Shown here: piece after piece, positions 10,695-20,780 of the stretch
How the letters are laid out: every line of letters starts with the position of its first letter
Position numbering within the stretch: position 1 is the stretch's first letter
Assembly: GCA_903900335.1 (NCBI GenBank)
Contig: CAIUMP010000024.1
Span: forward strand, 22,774-86,773
Reading direction: 5' to 3'
Source of the DNA: an uncultured Ignavibacteriota bacterium
GTDB taxonomy: Bacteria; Bacteroidota; Ignavibacteria; Palsa-1295
DNA: 64,000 nt
The notes under the pieces: generated by a model
Seen by the model: only the letters and a program-made list of their open reading frames with translations
Database searches by the model: none
What the model was told of the DNA's origin: nothing
Made by a program: the position numbers and the translations under genes

Positions 10695-12275
10695 ATGTTC
10701 TCCCGCTGCTATACCGCAACCACTCAGGGCATCGAAGCATATACTGTTGAGATCGAGACGCACATCGAGGCCCATGTCCCCGGCTTCGCGATTGTTGGCT
10801 TGCCGGACTCCGCCGTCCGCGAAAGCAAAGAGCGCGTCATCTCCGCCATGAAGAACAGCGCACTGCCATTCGACATGAACCGCCGTATCACCATCAATCT
10901 CGCTCCGGCAGATATTCGCAAAGAAGGCAGCGCGTTCGATTTGCCTATTGCGATGGGTATGCTCGCCGCAGCAAATGTGGTCGATCCAGAGAAGCTCAAC
11001 GAATATATCCTGCTCGGCGAGTTGGCGCTCGATGGCACCCTCCGTCCCGTTCGTGGCGCACTAAACGTTGCGCTTCATGCGAAGAAGATGAAGGCGAAGA
11101 TGCCAAAACTCAAAGGCATGATACTCCCGCAAGAGAATGCTGGCGAAGCGGGACTCGTCAATGAGTTGGAAGTGTACGGACTTCACACCTTGCGCGACAC
11201 CGTCGATTTCCTCAACGGACTCTCCTTCCCCGAGGCCACACATGTGGACATCGAAGAGATCTTCCGTAAGGATCAAGGACATTCACTCTTCGATTTCGAA
11301 GAAGTGAAGGGACAGGAAGCTGTCAAACGCGCTCTCGAAGTAGCCGCCGCTGGGGGACACAACATCATCATGGTTGGCGCACCGGGTTCGGGCAAGAGTA
11401 TGCTCGCGAAACGATTCCCATCCATTCTTCCACCGCTCGGATTTGATGAAGCATTAGAAACGACGAAGATCCACTCTGTTGCAGGTACGCTTCCACCGAG
11501 CACGCCGCTGCTGACGACACGCCCGTTCCGCTCGCCGCATCATACCATATCGGACGCCGCGCTCGTAGGCGGTGGCATGGCGAATATTCGTCCCGGCGAG
11601 ATTTCGCTCGCGCATCATGGCGTGCTCTTCTTGGATGAGTTGCCTGAATTCCAGCGTAACGTGCTCGAAGTGTTACGACAGCCACTTGAAGACGGCGCAA
11701 TTACCATTTCGCGTACGCGGATGACCGTTGAGTACCCGGCGAACTTCATGCTCATCTGCGCGATGAACCCCTGCCCCTGCGGGAATTTTGGTTCCGCCAT
11801 TCACGCCTGCACATGCGGCGAAGGCGCGATACAACGCTACATGAGCAAAGTCTCTGGCCCGCTGCTTGACCGCATAGATATTCATGTCGAAGTGCCGAGT
11901 GTGAAGATTGAAGAACTGGGGAAGAAATCCTCCGGCGAGCCTTCGAATAAAATTCGCGACCGCGTCATCGTTGCTCGCGATAAGCAGCAGGCCCGCTACA
12001 AAGGACTCGCCGCGCCGGGATCACGACGAGGCATATTTAAGAACGCCGATCTGCCACCGAAGATGGTGCAGGAGTTCTGCGAGATCGGCGAAGAAGGCCG
12101 CAACCTGCTCAAGATGGCGATGTCCCGCATGGGCTACTCCGCCCGCGCCTACGACCGCATCCTGAAAGTCTCCCGCACGATTGCAGATCTCGCCGGCGCC
12201 GAGGACATCACCCCCGCACATCTCAGCGAAGCCATCCAATACCGCAGCCTAGACCGGCAGTTTTGGAATGCGTAG
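10695..12275 (+). CDS. comM: Mg-chelatase-like AAA+ protein ComM/YifB
   Basis: N-terminus YTATTQGIEAYTVEIETHI, Walker A GAPGSGKSMLAKR and Walker B VLFLDELPEF. Length is 526 aa. Confidence 0.9.
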   Translation: MFSRCYTATTQGIEAYTVEIETHIEAHVPGFAIVGLPDSAVRESKERVISAMKNSALPFDMNRRITINLAPADIRKEGSAFDLPIAMGMLAAANVVDPEKLNEYILLGELALDGTLRPVRGALNVALHAKKMKAKMPKLKGMILPQENAGEAGLVNELEVYGLHTLRDTVDFLNGLSFPEATHVDIEEIFRKDQGHSLFDFEEVKGQEAVKRALEVAAAGGHNIIMVGAPGSGKSMLAKRFPSILPPLGFDEALETTKIHSVAGTLPPSTPLLTTRPFRSPHHTISDAALVGGGMANIRPGEISLAHHGVLFLDELPEFQRNVLEVLRQPLEDGAITISRTRMTVEYPANFMLICAMNPCPCGNFGSAIHACTCGEGAIQRYMSKVSGPLLDRIDIHVEVPSVKIEELGKKSSGEPSNKIRDRVIVARDKQQARYKGLAAPGSRRGIFKNADLPPKMVQEFCEIGEEGRNLLKMAMSRMGYSARAYDRILKVSRTIADLAGAEDITPAHLSEAIQYRSLDRQFWNA

Positions 12276-12319
12276 TCAGGTTTCGTCTTTCATAATCGTT
12301 TGTATCAAAACTGGATCAA

Positions 12320-14119
12320 GTGCCAAAAGAAAAAGTCGCCGTGCGATACAAAAGTTGGTTAGCTCTTATCATCGTCGTTGTGTTTGTCTCGTGTAAGAGC
12401 GACACACCCACGCAGCCACCCGTGGGCGCAGGTTCGATCTCCGCGCCAAAGTATATCTCCGTACGCACGATCGACACAAATACCATCGGAGTTGCATGGT
12501 CAAGAGCGGCCGGTGACGCGAGTGCTGATACAGTAATCGTGACGACTCAGTCCGGCACACTCGCGGCTAAAGTGGCTGTGGCTTCGCCTGACTCATCATC
12601 GCACATCGGCGGGCTCCATCCCGGCGTTGCATACTGGATTCTGGTGCGGTCCGCAGATAGCGCCGCCACGCGAATTCCCTGGTCCATTCAGAGTTCACCA
12701 ACGAACATTCCTCCGCCGACGAATATTGTGGTGCGCACAATTGACACGAGCACAATTTTCGTCAGCTGGTCGCGCGGTCTGCGTGACAATCAGGCGGACA
12801 GCGTGATCGTAACGACGCAGGGTGGTGCCCTCGCCGGTGCTGTCCGAGTGCCTGCGCCGGATTCTGTTGCGGCCGTTCGTTGGCTTCATCCGGGCATCGT
12901 CTATTCGATTCTCGTGCGCTCAGCGGATGCCGCTGCGCCGCCGATCTCCTGGACGACGGGCCCTGCGCCCGCCGCAATCCTCCCGCCAACGGGTATCACA
13001 GTCGTATCACTTGACACGACCGCAATTGGACTGACATGGACAAGGGCAGTGGGCGACACCAAAAATGATCGCGTGTTTGTGACAAGCCCGGGTGGGATTG
13101 AAGCCGGTAACGCGTTCGTGCCCTGGCCGAGCACCTCCACACAGATTATTGGCCTACATCCGGGCATTGCGTATTCAATTGTTGTCAGTTCAGCCGATAG
13201 TGCTTCGGCGCCGATACCGTGGACGATCAAAATTCCTCAATCGAGCGACAAGGTCGCTACAAAGCTCATGGCAAATTCTTCGAGCGACGGAGGCATCAAT
13301 CTTCGATGGACAAGGGATCCAGGCGATAATGGGGTGGATACCGTTTTTGTATGGTACGGGGCCTACGAGATCGTCCAACAGATTGCCGTCCCCGCGCCGG
13401 GGTGTTCTGTGACCATTGGGAAGCTTGGCGGGCTGGTGTATGGCATGTCTATTCACAGCTCCAATGGCACTTCGAAGACGATGTTTTGGTCGCCCGCTCG
13501 TCGCATGGGTACAGAAGCGAATCCCATCCGTGTGTACGAAGTGACGGCGCAAATGAACAACGGCTCGCAAACGGGCCACAATGCCGGACTCTGCGTCAGT
13601 AGCGGCGGGACGGTTCTGCTCAATGGAGATAACTTGCTCAATCTCCACTTGATCTTGGATGACGTGGAGACAGACCCAATCGTCTCATCCTCATCCGGAC
13701 TTGCCCTCGTATCTCCCGATCGCGTCACAGCCAGTTCAAACCACACGTATCTCAGCTCGCCGATCTATTACTCAGTCGGTGGGCTGGATTCATTCTACAA
13801 TTCAACGGACCTCTCCTTCACGCGGAAGTGGGTCAGCGATCGTGATTTCGAAATTCCGGGAGATGCTTCCCCGAGCCGCGGCTCTGCCATCCTCGTGATG
13901 CAAGTCTTTGATGTGTTGCAAAGAGGGATATATTATTATGCGAAGGTCGAGGTTGTCCAGCAGCCCGATGGCAAACTCTATGGCGGCACAGCCCCGAACC
14001 GCTATGTTGACTTAGTTATCTCGTTTAATCCCACCGGGAGCACACCCTATGCCTCTGACACCCAGCCCCTTCCTGGTCCCTGCCGTGACTACGCAAGTGA
14101 AACGGGTGTCGGCGATTGA
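12320..14119 (+). CDS. Lipoprotein with four tandem fibronectin-III-like repeats
   Basis: Lipobox VVFVSC. Four ~85-aa repeats follow the pattern (I/V)xVRTIDT.TI.V.WSR...D..AD.VIVTTQ.G...HPG..Y.I.V.SAD. Confidence 0.7.
   Translation: MPKEKVAVRYKSWLALIIVVVFVSCKSDTPTQPPVGAGSISAPKYISVRTIDTNTIGVAWSRAAGDASADTVIVTTQSGTLAAKVAVASPDSSSHIGGLHPGVAYWILVRSADSAATRIPWSIQSSPTNIPPPTNIVVRTIDTSTIFVSWSRGLRDNQADSVIVTTQGGALAGAVRVPAPDSVAAVRWLHPGIVYSILVRSADAAAPPISWTTGPAPAAILPPTGITVVSLDTTAIGLTWTRAVGDTKNDRVFVTSPGGIEAGNAFVPWPSTSTQIIGLHPGIAYSIVVSSADSASAPIPWTIKIPQSSDKVATKLMANSSSDGGINLRWTRDPGDNGVDTVFVWYGAYEIVQQIAVPAPGCSVTIGKLGGLVYGMSIHSSNGTSKTMFWSPARRMGTEANPIRVYEVTAQMNNGSQTGHNAGLCVSSGGTVLLNGDNLLNLHLILDDVETDPIVSSSSGLALVSPDRVTASSNHTYLSSPIYYSVGGLDSFYNSTDLSFTRKWVSDRDFEIPGDASPSRGSAILVMQVFDVLQRGIYYYAKVEVVQQPDGKLYGGTAPNRYVDLVISFNPTGSTPYASDTQPLPGPCRDYASETGVGD
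12446..13505 (+). repeat. Four tandem ~255-nt coding repeats (FN3-like modules) inside 12320..14119
   Basis: The repeats are read from the translated protein. Copies 1-3 are closely related and copy 4 is divergent. Confidence 0.6.
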
Positions 14120-14206
14120 TCATGTTAATAAAGCCAGGCTAGTTTCGTGATCGACAGCCCGCTTTTTCATTAACGCAATCCCAATCTGCAGCGTTGGGAT
14201 GCTGAA

Positions 14207-15658
14207 GTGCTCGCCATCGCCGTACGCCTAGCTCAGGAAATTGCAGAGTCGCTGAAGCAGTCGCATGATTACGAAGCGACTGCAACGGAACTCGCGCACA
14301 TTCCAGTCTTGCTCAAGAACTGGCAGGAAAGCCAGACGGATATGCTCGCACTCTGGGAAGAACTGGTCCAGCACGGTCATTTACCAGAGCGGTACTATCG
14401 TGCATCTATCGCCGAACTGCGCGAGAGCAATCCTGAACTGTTACCAGAGGCGATTATTGCAATCTATCAATTGCTTCGCGCTCGAAGCGACTTCGACCTC
14501 CCCACGGAGCTTCTCTCAGAATTGCTCCCTGAATTGCTCGTCTGGGCAGAGAAGCATGCCGACACAAAACGCTCAATGCAAGCTCAGGAAGGCTTGAGCT
14601 ATTTGAGCTACGTGGGTAGACGATACGATGATTCCCAGCGCCATGCCGAAGAGAGCCTCCGGCTTGCCGAAGCGATTGGTGATAAGCCCGCTCAGGAGCA
14701 AGCGCATCGCGCACTGGGCTACGCTTTTCTACGGCTCCGCCGATTCGAAGCAGCGAAGCACAGCTTTGAGCAGCAGTACCAACTTGCTGAGACTATTGGG
14801 GATCGCTCGGCGATGGCTAATGCACTTGGCAACTCCGCTTCTGTGCTCATTGACGAGGAAAAGCATCGGGAAGCGGAGGTCGTGTGCCATAAGCAGATTT
14901 CATTGGCGGAATCTATCGGCGACACGATGGGAATTGTCTATGCGCGTATGAATCTTGGTATCATCTTCGCTGAATACCGGCGCTATGACGATTCTATCGA
15001 GACATTAGAGATCGCATTGGAGCTGGCAAAGTCCGTTGGCAACCGCAAACAAGCAGGGATCATCTTAGGAAATCTCGGCAATTACATGGTGAAGCTCCGG
15101 AGACCCGAAGAAGGGTACCCCATGTTACTAACGGCGCTTGAAACACATCGGGAGATGGGCTTCCCGCAAGGGATGACCTACTGGCTCAATTCGCTCGCAG
15201 AAATGTATTGCGAAGCTGCATTTGGTGCTGGCTATCCCCCGGGCTTCCTTATCGACTTCGTGGACATGGCCCCCGGTGAAGACTGGCGCAAAGCTGTTCG
15301 CCGGATGGCCTGGAATTACGCCGAAGAAGGGCATCGCCTAAGCCGGGAGTTGAACAAATATGACACAAGCTATGCCAGCGTGGTCGTTCTCGCCCGCGTA
15401 GAAGCCGCCGAAGGCAAAAAGACATCCGCGAGAGATCGGCTGAAGGAGGCACTTACTACGCTTACGGATACACTTAGGATCTCCGATTGCTATGTCTGGC
15501 TATGGAGACTCAATCTTGGTTCGGAAGAAGAAATCGAAGGATACCGCAGAAGCGCACTCGCACTTGAAGAAGAGATCTACAAAAACTCACCAAGACCCGA
15601 CCTTCTCGCTGAGATCGAGGAGTTGCGGCGCGGGGAGATAGCTAGCGATGCACGGTAA
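14207..15658 (+). CDS. TPR-repeat protein
   Basis: Repeated ...LAE.IGD...A.AL.NLG... TPR-like units; 483 aa; GTG start. Confidence 0.75.
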   Translation: MLAIAVRLAQEIAESLKQSHDYEATATELAHIPVLLKNWQESQTDMLALWEELVQHGHLPERYYRASIAELRESNPELLPEAIIAIYQLLRARSDFDLPTELLSELLPELLVWAEKHADTKRSMQAQEGLSYLSYVGRRYDDSQRHAEESLRLAEAIGDKPAQEQAHRALGYAFLRLRRFEAAKHSFEQQYQLAETIGDRSAMANALGNSASVLIDEEKHREAEVVCHKQISLAESIGDTMGIVYARMNLGIIFAEYRRYDDSIETLEIALELAKSVGNRKQAGIILGNLGNYMVKLRRPEEGYPMLLTALETHREMGFPQGMTYWLNSLAEMYCEAAFGAGYPPGFLIDFVDMAPGEDWRKAVRRMAWNYAEEGHRLSRELNKYDTSYASVVVLARVEAAEGKKTSARDRLKEALTTLTDTLRISDCYVWLWRLNLGSEEEIEGYRRSALALEEEIYKNSPRPDLLAEIEELRRGEIASDAR

Positions 15659-15751
15659 CTCTTTCTCCCGTAGATGCTCAGTATGTGACATATTTGGAAC
15701 GGTAGGTTTTGGTGTGATTCAGGCCGGGAGCCTACTCCCCTCGCCGCACGT

Positions 15752-16471
15752 TTGCTCTTCCGAATGCCAGAAACCCTCGAAATACAAACCCAGAAGGCCT
15801 TAACCCAAGCTGAAAAGCAGCGCCTGGGGGTGTTGCGCGTTAACGAAATCTTCCATTCCATTCAGGGGGAGTCTTCTCGCGCGGGTGAACCATGTGTATT
15901 TGTTCGCATGACCGGTTGCGGATTGCGTTGCACCTATTGCGATACGGAGTACGCTTTTTACGAAGGCGAGGATTTTGAAATCGCGGCAATTGTCTACCGA
16001 GTAGCAGGTTACGGTTGTAACCTTGTCGAGCTGACGGGCGGTGAGCCGCTGGAACAAGAGGGTGTTTACACCTTAATAGCGGAACTGCTCGGAATCGGAT
16101 ATGATCTGATGATCGAGACAGGTGGGCATGTTGATATTTCGCGTGTCGATCCTCGCGTCAAGCGCATTGTCGATCTCAAGACGCCGACATCCGGGATGGT
16201 GAAGCGGAATCTCTATTCGAACATGGAGCACCTGACCCGCCACGACGAAGTGAAATTCGTGATCGGTTCGCGCGAGGATTATGACTGGGCGAAGCAGCAG
16301 ATCGTGCAGCATGAATTGGCAACTAGAGCCGGTACGATTCTCTTCTCGCCGGTGCATGGAGAGTTCTCCGACGCCGACCTTGCCGGGTGGATATTGGAAG
16401 ATCGACTACCCGTTCGATTTCAAAAGCAATTGCACAAACTTATTTGGCCAGAGATCTTAAGAGGAGTTTAA
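15752..16471 (+). CDS. queE: 7-carboxy-7-deazaguanine synthase (radical SAM)
   Basis: EIFHSIQGESSRAGEPCVFVRMTGCGLRCTYCDT contains the CxxxCxxC radical-SAM cluster motif in a QueE context. The stop overlaps the queF start (TAATG). Confidence 0.9.
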   Translation: MLFRMPETLEIQTQKALTQAEKQRLGVLRVNEIFHSIQGESSRAGEPCVFVRMTGCGLRCTYCDTEYAFYEGEDFEIAAIVYRVAGYGCNLVELTGGEPLEQEGVYTLIAELLGIGYDLMIETGGHVDISRVDPRVKRIVDLKTPTSGMVKRNLYSNMEHLTRHDEVKFVIGSREDYDWAKQQIVQHELATRAGTILFSPVHGEFSDADLAGWILEDRLPVRFQKQLHKLIWPEILRGV

Positions 16472-16875
16472 TGACCGATACAAAACCAGAGCTGATCGTT
16501 TTTCCGAATCCCTATCCGAAACGGGATTATGTCATTACGCATACCAATCCGGAATTCACCTCTGTCTGCCCGGTAACGGGTCTGCCAGATTTCGGTGAGA
16601 TCGAAGTCGCGTTCGTGCCCAATGAATTGTGCGTGGAGCTGAAATCGCTCAAGTACTACTATGTGAGTTTTCGGCAAAAGGGTATCTTTTATGAAGCGGT
16701 AACGAATGAGATCCTCGAAGATCTCGTCTCAGCTATTCGTCCGCGATGGATGGAAGTGACGGGCGAGTTCTCGACACGCGGCGGCTTGCATTCGACCGTT
16801 GTGGCAAAGTACACCATGGGGGAGAACGAGTTGCCACACTCAGATCGCGTAACCGTGAAGACATTCGAGAAGTAA
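16471..16875 (+). CDS. queF: NADPH-dependent 7-cyano-7-deazaguanine reductase (type I)
   Basis: FTSVCPVTGLPDFGEIEVAFVP catalytic-Cys motif; 134 aa counted from the internal ATG at 16471. Confidence 0.9.
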   Translation: MTDTKPELIVFPNPYPKRDYVITHTNPEFTSVCPVTGLPDFGEIEVAFVPNELCVELKSLKYYYVSFRQKGIFYEAVTNEILEDLVSAIRPRWMEVTGEFSTRGGLHSTVVAKYTMGENELPHSDRVTVKTFEK

Positions 16876-16880
16876 CTAAT

Positions 16881-17303
16881 ATGCTAACTCGGATCTCGAA
16901 AGACTTTCGCTGGGAGATGGCCCATCGCCTGCCATTCCATGATGGTGGATGCCGCAATGTGCATGGGCATTCCTACCAAATGTGGGTAGAGCTCACTGGC
17001 GAACCCGACGCGCAGGGGATGGTTCTGGACTATTTCATTATGAAGAAACTCGTCGATCCGCTTGTTGCCGAGATCGACCACGCCTTCTTGTGTGACAGGA
17101 CGGATACGTTGATCGTAGAGTTTCTGCAGGCCTCTGGCCTCAAAGCGGTTTTCGTGGATTTTCCAAGCACAGCGGAGAACATCGCCCGTTGGTTCTTCGA
17201 GCGTCTATCCGTTCTATTCTCCGACATGAAACATTTGTCCGAACTCCGCGTGCGTATTCAAGAAACGGAACGCACCTCGGCGGAAGTGTGGGGCAAGCTT
17301 TAG
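16881..17303 (+). CDS. queD: 6-carboxy-5,6,7,8-tetrahydropterin synthase
   Basis: FRWEMAHRLP...CRNVHGHSYQMWVEL (PTPS/QueD His motif). ATG at 16881, 5 nt after the queF stop. Confidence 0.9.
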   Translation: MLTRISKDFRWEMAHRLPFHDGGCRNVHGHSYQMWVELTGEPDAQGMVLDYFIMKKLVDPLVAEIDHAFLCDRTDTLIVEFLQASGLKAVFVDFPSTAENIARWFFERLSVLFSDMKHLSELRVRIQETERTSAEVWGKL

Positions 17304-17333
17304 CTTTCCCCATCCTCTGACGCAAGCTAAAGC

Positions 17334-18026
17334 ATGCGCCACATCATGAAATCTATTGTTCTTCTCTCTGGTGGAATGGATTCGACGCTCACCGCGGCAA
17401 TCGCTCGTGCAGGGTCGAAGGACGTCGCTGCGCTCCATCTGAATTATCGCCATAGAACCGAGAAACGCGAACTGCAGGCGTTCAATCATGTGGCAGACTT
17501 CTACGGTATTTCTCAGCGCCTCGTAGTGGACATCGAATTCCTTCGTGCTATCGGTGGATCAAGTTTGACAGATGCCTCCGTTCGCGTTACCGAAGCAGAC
17601 TTGACATCCACGGAGATCCCGAGCTCATACGTCCCATTCCGGAATGGAAATTTCCTTGCCATTGCGGCAAGCTGGGCGGAGGTGATCGGCGCGGAAGCGA
17701 TCTATATCGGAGCTGTGGAGGAAGACTCGTCAGGTTATCCCGATTGTCGACGTTCTTTCTTCGACGCCTTTGAGCATGCCATTGACATTGGCACCAAACC
17801 CAATACACATATTCGCATTGTGACGCCGATCATCCACCTTCGGAAAAGCGAGATCGTTCAAGAGTCGATCCGGCTCGGTGCGCCAATGGAGCGGACGTGG
17901 TCGTGCTATCAATCGGAGGATGAGGCATGCGGTGTTTGCGATAGCTGCGCACTGCGGCTGAGAGGCTTTCGCGAAGCAGGCATGGAAGATCCGATCGCAT
18001 ACAAAGTGCGCCCGCTGTACACATGA
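17334..18026 (+). CDS. queC: 7-cyano-7-deazaguanine synthase
   Basis: VLLSGGMDSTL PP-loop and C-terminal zinc motif CGVCDSCALR. An alternative start at 17346 is possible. Confidence 0.9.
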   Translation: MRHIMKSIVLLSGGMDSTLTAAIARAGSKDVAALHLNYRHRTEKRELQAFNHVADFYGISQRLVVDIEFLRAIGGSSLTDASVRVTEADLTSTEIPSSYVPFRNGNFLAIAASWAEVIGAEAIYIGAVEEDSSGYPDCRRSFFDAFEHAIDIGTKPNTHIRIVTPIIHLRKSEIVQESIRLGAPMERTWSCYQSEDEACGVCDSCALRLRGFREAGMEDPIAYKVRPLYT

Positions 18027-20761
18027 TCTTCCACAGAAGTCGGGGCAGTATGTTCTTGGCAAGGATCGTGATCCTCGCAATGACGCTGTGCCTTACTACT
18101 GCGGTTTCGCGTGCGCAGACCGGCTCCGCTCAAAACAAGGTGGACACGTCGAAAAAAGCAGCCAAGCTTAAAGAGCTTCGCCCAGGCATTGCACTTGCCG
18201 ATTCTCTCTATATCCCACTGGACTCAACGCACGCGGATGTGGATACCATCGTACGATATTCCGCGAAGGACTCCACCGTCTTCGATGTGCCGAATAAACG
18301 GATGATCCTAACAAACGATGCTGTGGTGCAGTATCAGAATCGCGAGATGAGTGCTCACACCATTGTGATGGACTTCCAGCAAAACACGATGACCGCGTAT
18401 AGCCAAAATGTGGATTCTGTGCTCGCGGCAACACTTGGACTTAGACGAAAGATCATTCGCGACACCAGCCGCACGAAAGTGCGCGGAGCGCCAAAGCTTA
18501 CCGATGACGGCACGGTATATGAGGGCGAAGTGATCGTCTATAACTTCAAGACAAAGCATGGCACCGTCCAAATGGGGACGACGCAGTTGGAAGGCGGCTT
18601 TTACTATGGGGAGAAGATCAAGCAGGTTGCGCCTTCTACACTCTTTGTGCAGAACGGCCGCTACACAACCTGCGATGCCCCGGTACCCCACTACTACTTT
18701 GAGTCCCCGCGCATGAAGGTCATCATGCAAGACCAGATCTTTGCCGAACCGGTGTATTTGTATGTGGCAGATGTTCCTATTTTCGCGCTTCCATTCGGTG
18801 TCTTTCCGAATCATGGTGGTGGGCGGCATTCCGGCATCATCGCGCCCGGATATCAGACGACGGGAGAGCGCGGGTACGGCCTTACACATCTCGGATACTA
18901 CGAAGTGTTCAGCGATTATTTCGATGGTCGCATCCAAACCGATATGTTCACGAAGGGCGGCTGGAACATCGATGCTATGGCGGAATGGAATAAGCGGTAT
19001 CTCTTGAACGGCGCGGCATCTGTGGAGGTCAATTACGGAAAGACGCGCCAGAACAGTGTCGATCCCTACTCGCAGACATGGAAGCTCGACGGAAACCTTC
19101 CAAATTTAGTGCTCGGCTATGAGACGAGCCTCACCGCGAATTTGCATTTTGAAAGTAACGACTTTTACCAGAACAATGCCCATAGCACGCAAGACGCCCT
19201 TACGCAAAACGTAACATCCGGTGCGAGTTTCAACACGAGTTGGGAAGATCTTGGCATCAACTTAGGCATTGGCTATAGCCGTAGTCAGGATTTGCGACAG
19301 AAGACGTACGACGAGGAAAGTCCTTCGCTCAATCTATCGAAATCTACGATGTTCCCATTCGCCATCTCCGAAGGGAATTTGAATCCCTCGTGGCTGGAAA
19401 CCTCAGCGGCATCTACCGCGATTGGCTACAGCCTCAACGCCAACCGGCACCTGACACACCAGCGTAATGCACCCTCGACCGATCTTCCGGTTGATACCTC
19501 CACGTATTACTCCACCGAGCAATACAGCGTTATGCACAACCCCTCGATCAGCATCTCCCCGAAGTTTGGACACTTTACTGTTTCGCCGAGTTTCAGTTAT
19601 CAGGAGGCATGGCTCTTTCATCAGCATCTTCGAAGCAAGTTCGACACAGCGATTGTCTATCAACGCGCCTCGAACACATTCGACACGATCAGCACCTACG
19701 CGACTTCCAAAGAGAATGGGTTTTACCGGCTGAACACCTACAGCGCCGCGCTGAATGTGGGTACAACGCTGTACGGTATTGCGAACATCGGAGCATTCGG
19801 GCTTCAGGCGATTCGCCACACGGTGATCCCGAACGTCAGCTTTTCGTATCATCCCGATCTCTCGAACCAGAACTACCGGTGGTACATCGATCCCCACACA
19901 CACGACACAGTCTATTACAATGTCTTTGATGGCGAGCCGAACGGCGGACTCGTTGGTCGAGGCAAATCCGAATCGATGGGATTGAGCCTCGGTAACGACT
20001 TCGAGGCCAAGATCGAACATGTTGTTACGAAGGATTCGAGTACAGTAGATCATGTGAAGCTTTTTCATCTCGATGCTTCTTCCGGGTATGATCTTAATAC
20101 GAAGATTTTCAGTAACCTGGGCCTATCCGCGTACACCACGATTGGCACACTCTTCAGCCTGAGCGGGAATGCGCAGTTTTCGTTCTACCCGATTGACAGT
20201 GTCGGCAACACGCTGACCAACCACACGCTCCTCATTCTCCATCAGGGCATTCTTCGCCCGCTCTATGTCTCGGGTGGCGTGAGCGGCAGTTTTGCCAGCG
20301 CGACGACCACCGAAGGTGATAACTATGATTCCCTCCGGCGTCAGTTCAAAATTCAGACACCAGATGACGAACGCGCGTTTATGCTCAACGGGTCATTCCC
20401 CGGTCCATTTGTGACGATGCCGTTTCGCCCCAATTGGAATGTCGGATATAATTTCAACTACAACCAATCGTACTCCGCGCAGGGCATTCAGCACAACATC
20501 ACGGCGAATGCGACCCTTTCGCTCTCGCTTACAAAGAACTGGTCATTTACTACCGCGGCCGGATATGACCTGACGAATAAGCAAATCACCGTCCCGGAAA
20601 TCCATGTTCACCGCGATCTGCATTGTTGGGAGATGGACTTCTCTTACTATCCGCCTGGTTCGCTGTTGTCGGGATTTAACTTCGTCATTCGCGTCAAAGC
20701 GCCGCAGTTGCAGGATGTGAAGTTGACACGCCAGGAGTCATCGAGCGTGACGTTTCAGTAG
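18023..20761 (+). CDS. Large outer-membrane beta-barrel protein, LptD/OstA-like
   Basis: Signal peptide. An OstA-N-like segment (ILTNDAVVQYQNREMSAHTIVMDFQQNTMTAY) is followed by an ~800-aa beta-rich region ending in an aromatic residue. The ATGA overlaps the queC stop. Confidence 0.65.
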   Translation: MIFHRSRGSMFLARIVILAMTLCLTTAVSRAQTGSAQNKVDTSKKAAKLKELRPGIALADSLYIPLDSTHADVDTIVRYSAKDSTVFDVPNKRMILTNDAVVQYQNREMSAHTIVMDFQQNTMTAYSQNVDSVLAATLGLRRKIIRDTSRTKVRGAPKLTDDGTVYEGEVIVYNFKTKHGTVQMGTTQLEGGFYYGEKIKQVAPSTLFVQNGRYTTCDAPVPHYYFESPRMKVIMQDQIFAEPVYLYVADVPIFALPFGVFPNHGGGRHSGIIAPGYQTTGERGYGLTHLGYYEVFSDYFDGRIQTDMFTKGGWNIDAMAEWNKRYLLNGAASVEVNYGKTRQNSVDPYSQTWKLDGNLPNLVLGYETSLTANLHFESNDFYQNNAHSTQDALTQNVTSGASFNTSWEDLGINLGIGYSRSQDLRQKTYDEESPSLNLSKSTMFPFAISEGNLNPSWLETSAASTAIGYSLNANRHLTHQRNAPSTDLPVDTSTYYSTEQYSVMHNPSISISPKFGHFTVSPSFSYQEAWLFHQHLRSKFDTAIVYQRASNTFDTISTYATSKENGFYRLNTYSAALNVGTTLYGIANIGAFGLQAIRHTVIPNVSFSYHPDLSNQNYRWYIDPHTHDTVYYNVFDGEPNGGLVGRGKSESMGLSLGNDFEAKIEHVVTKDSSTVDHVKLFHLDASSGYDLNTKIFSNLGLSAYTTIGTLFSLSGNAQFSFYPIDSVGNTLTNHTLLILHQGILRPLYVSGGVSGSFASATTTEGDNYDSLRRQFKIQTPDDERAFMLNGSFPGPFVTMPFRPNWNVGYNFNYNQSYSAQGIQHNITANATLSLSLTKNWSFTTAAGYDLTNKQITVPEIHVHRDLHCWEMDFSYYPPGSLLSGFNFVIRVKAPQLQDVKLTRQESSSVTFQ

Positions 20762-20780
20762 CGTTTAGGGCCACCGGGAG

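Noticed and set aside
15659-15751. Considered a preQ1 riboswitch upstream of the queEFDC operon
   Set aside because: No preQ1-I-like hairpin followed by an A-rich tail is visible.
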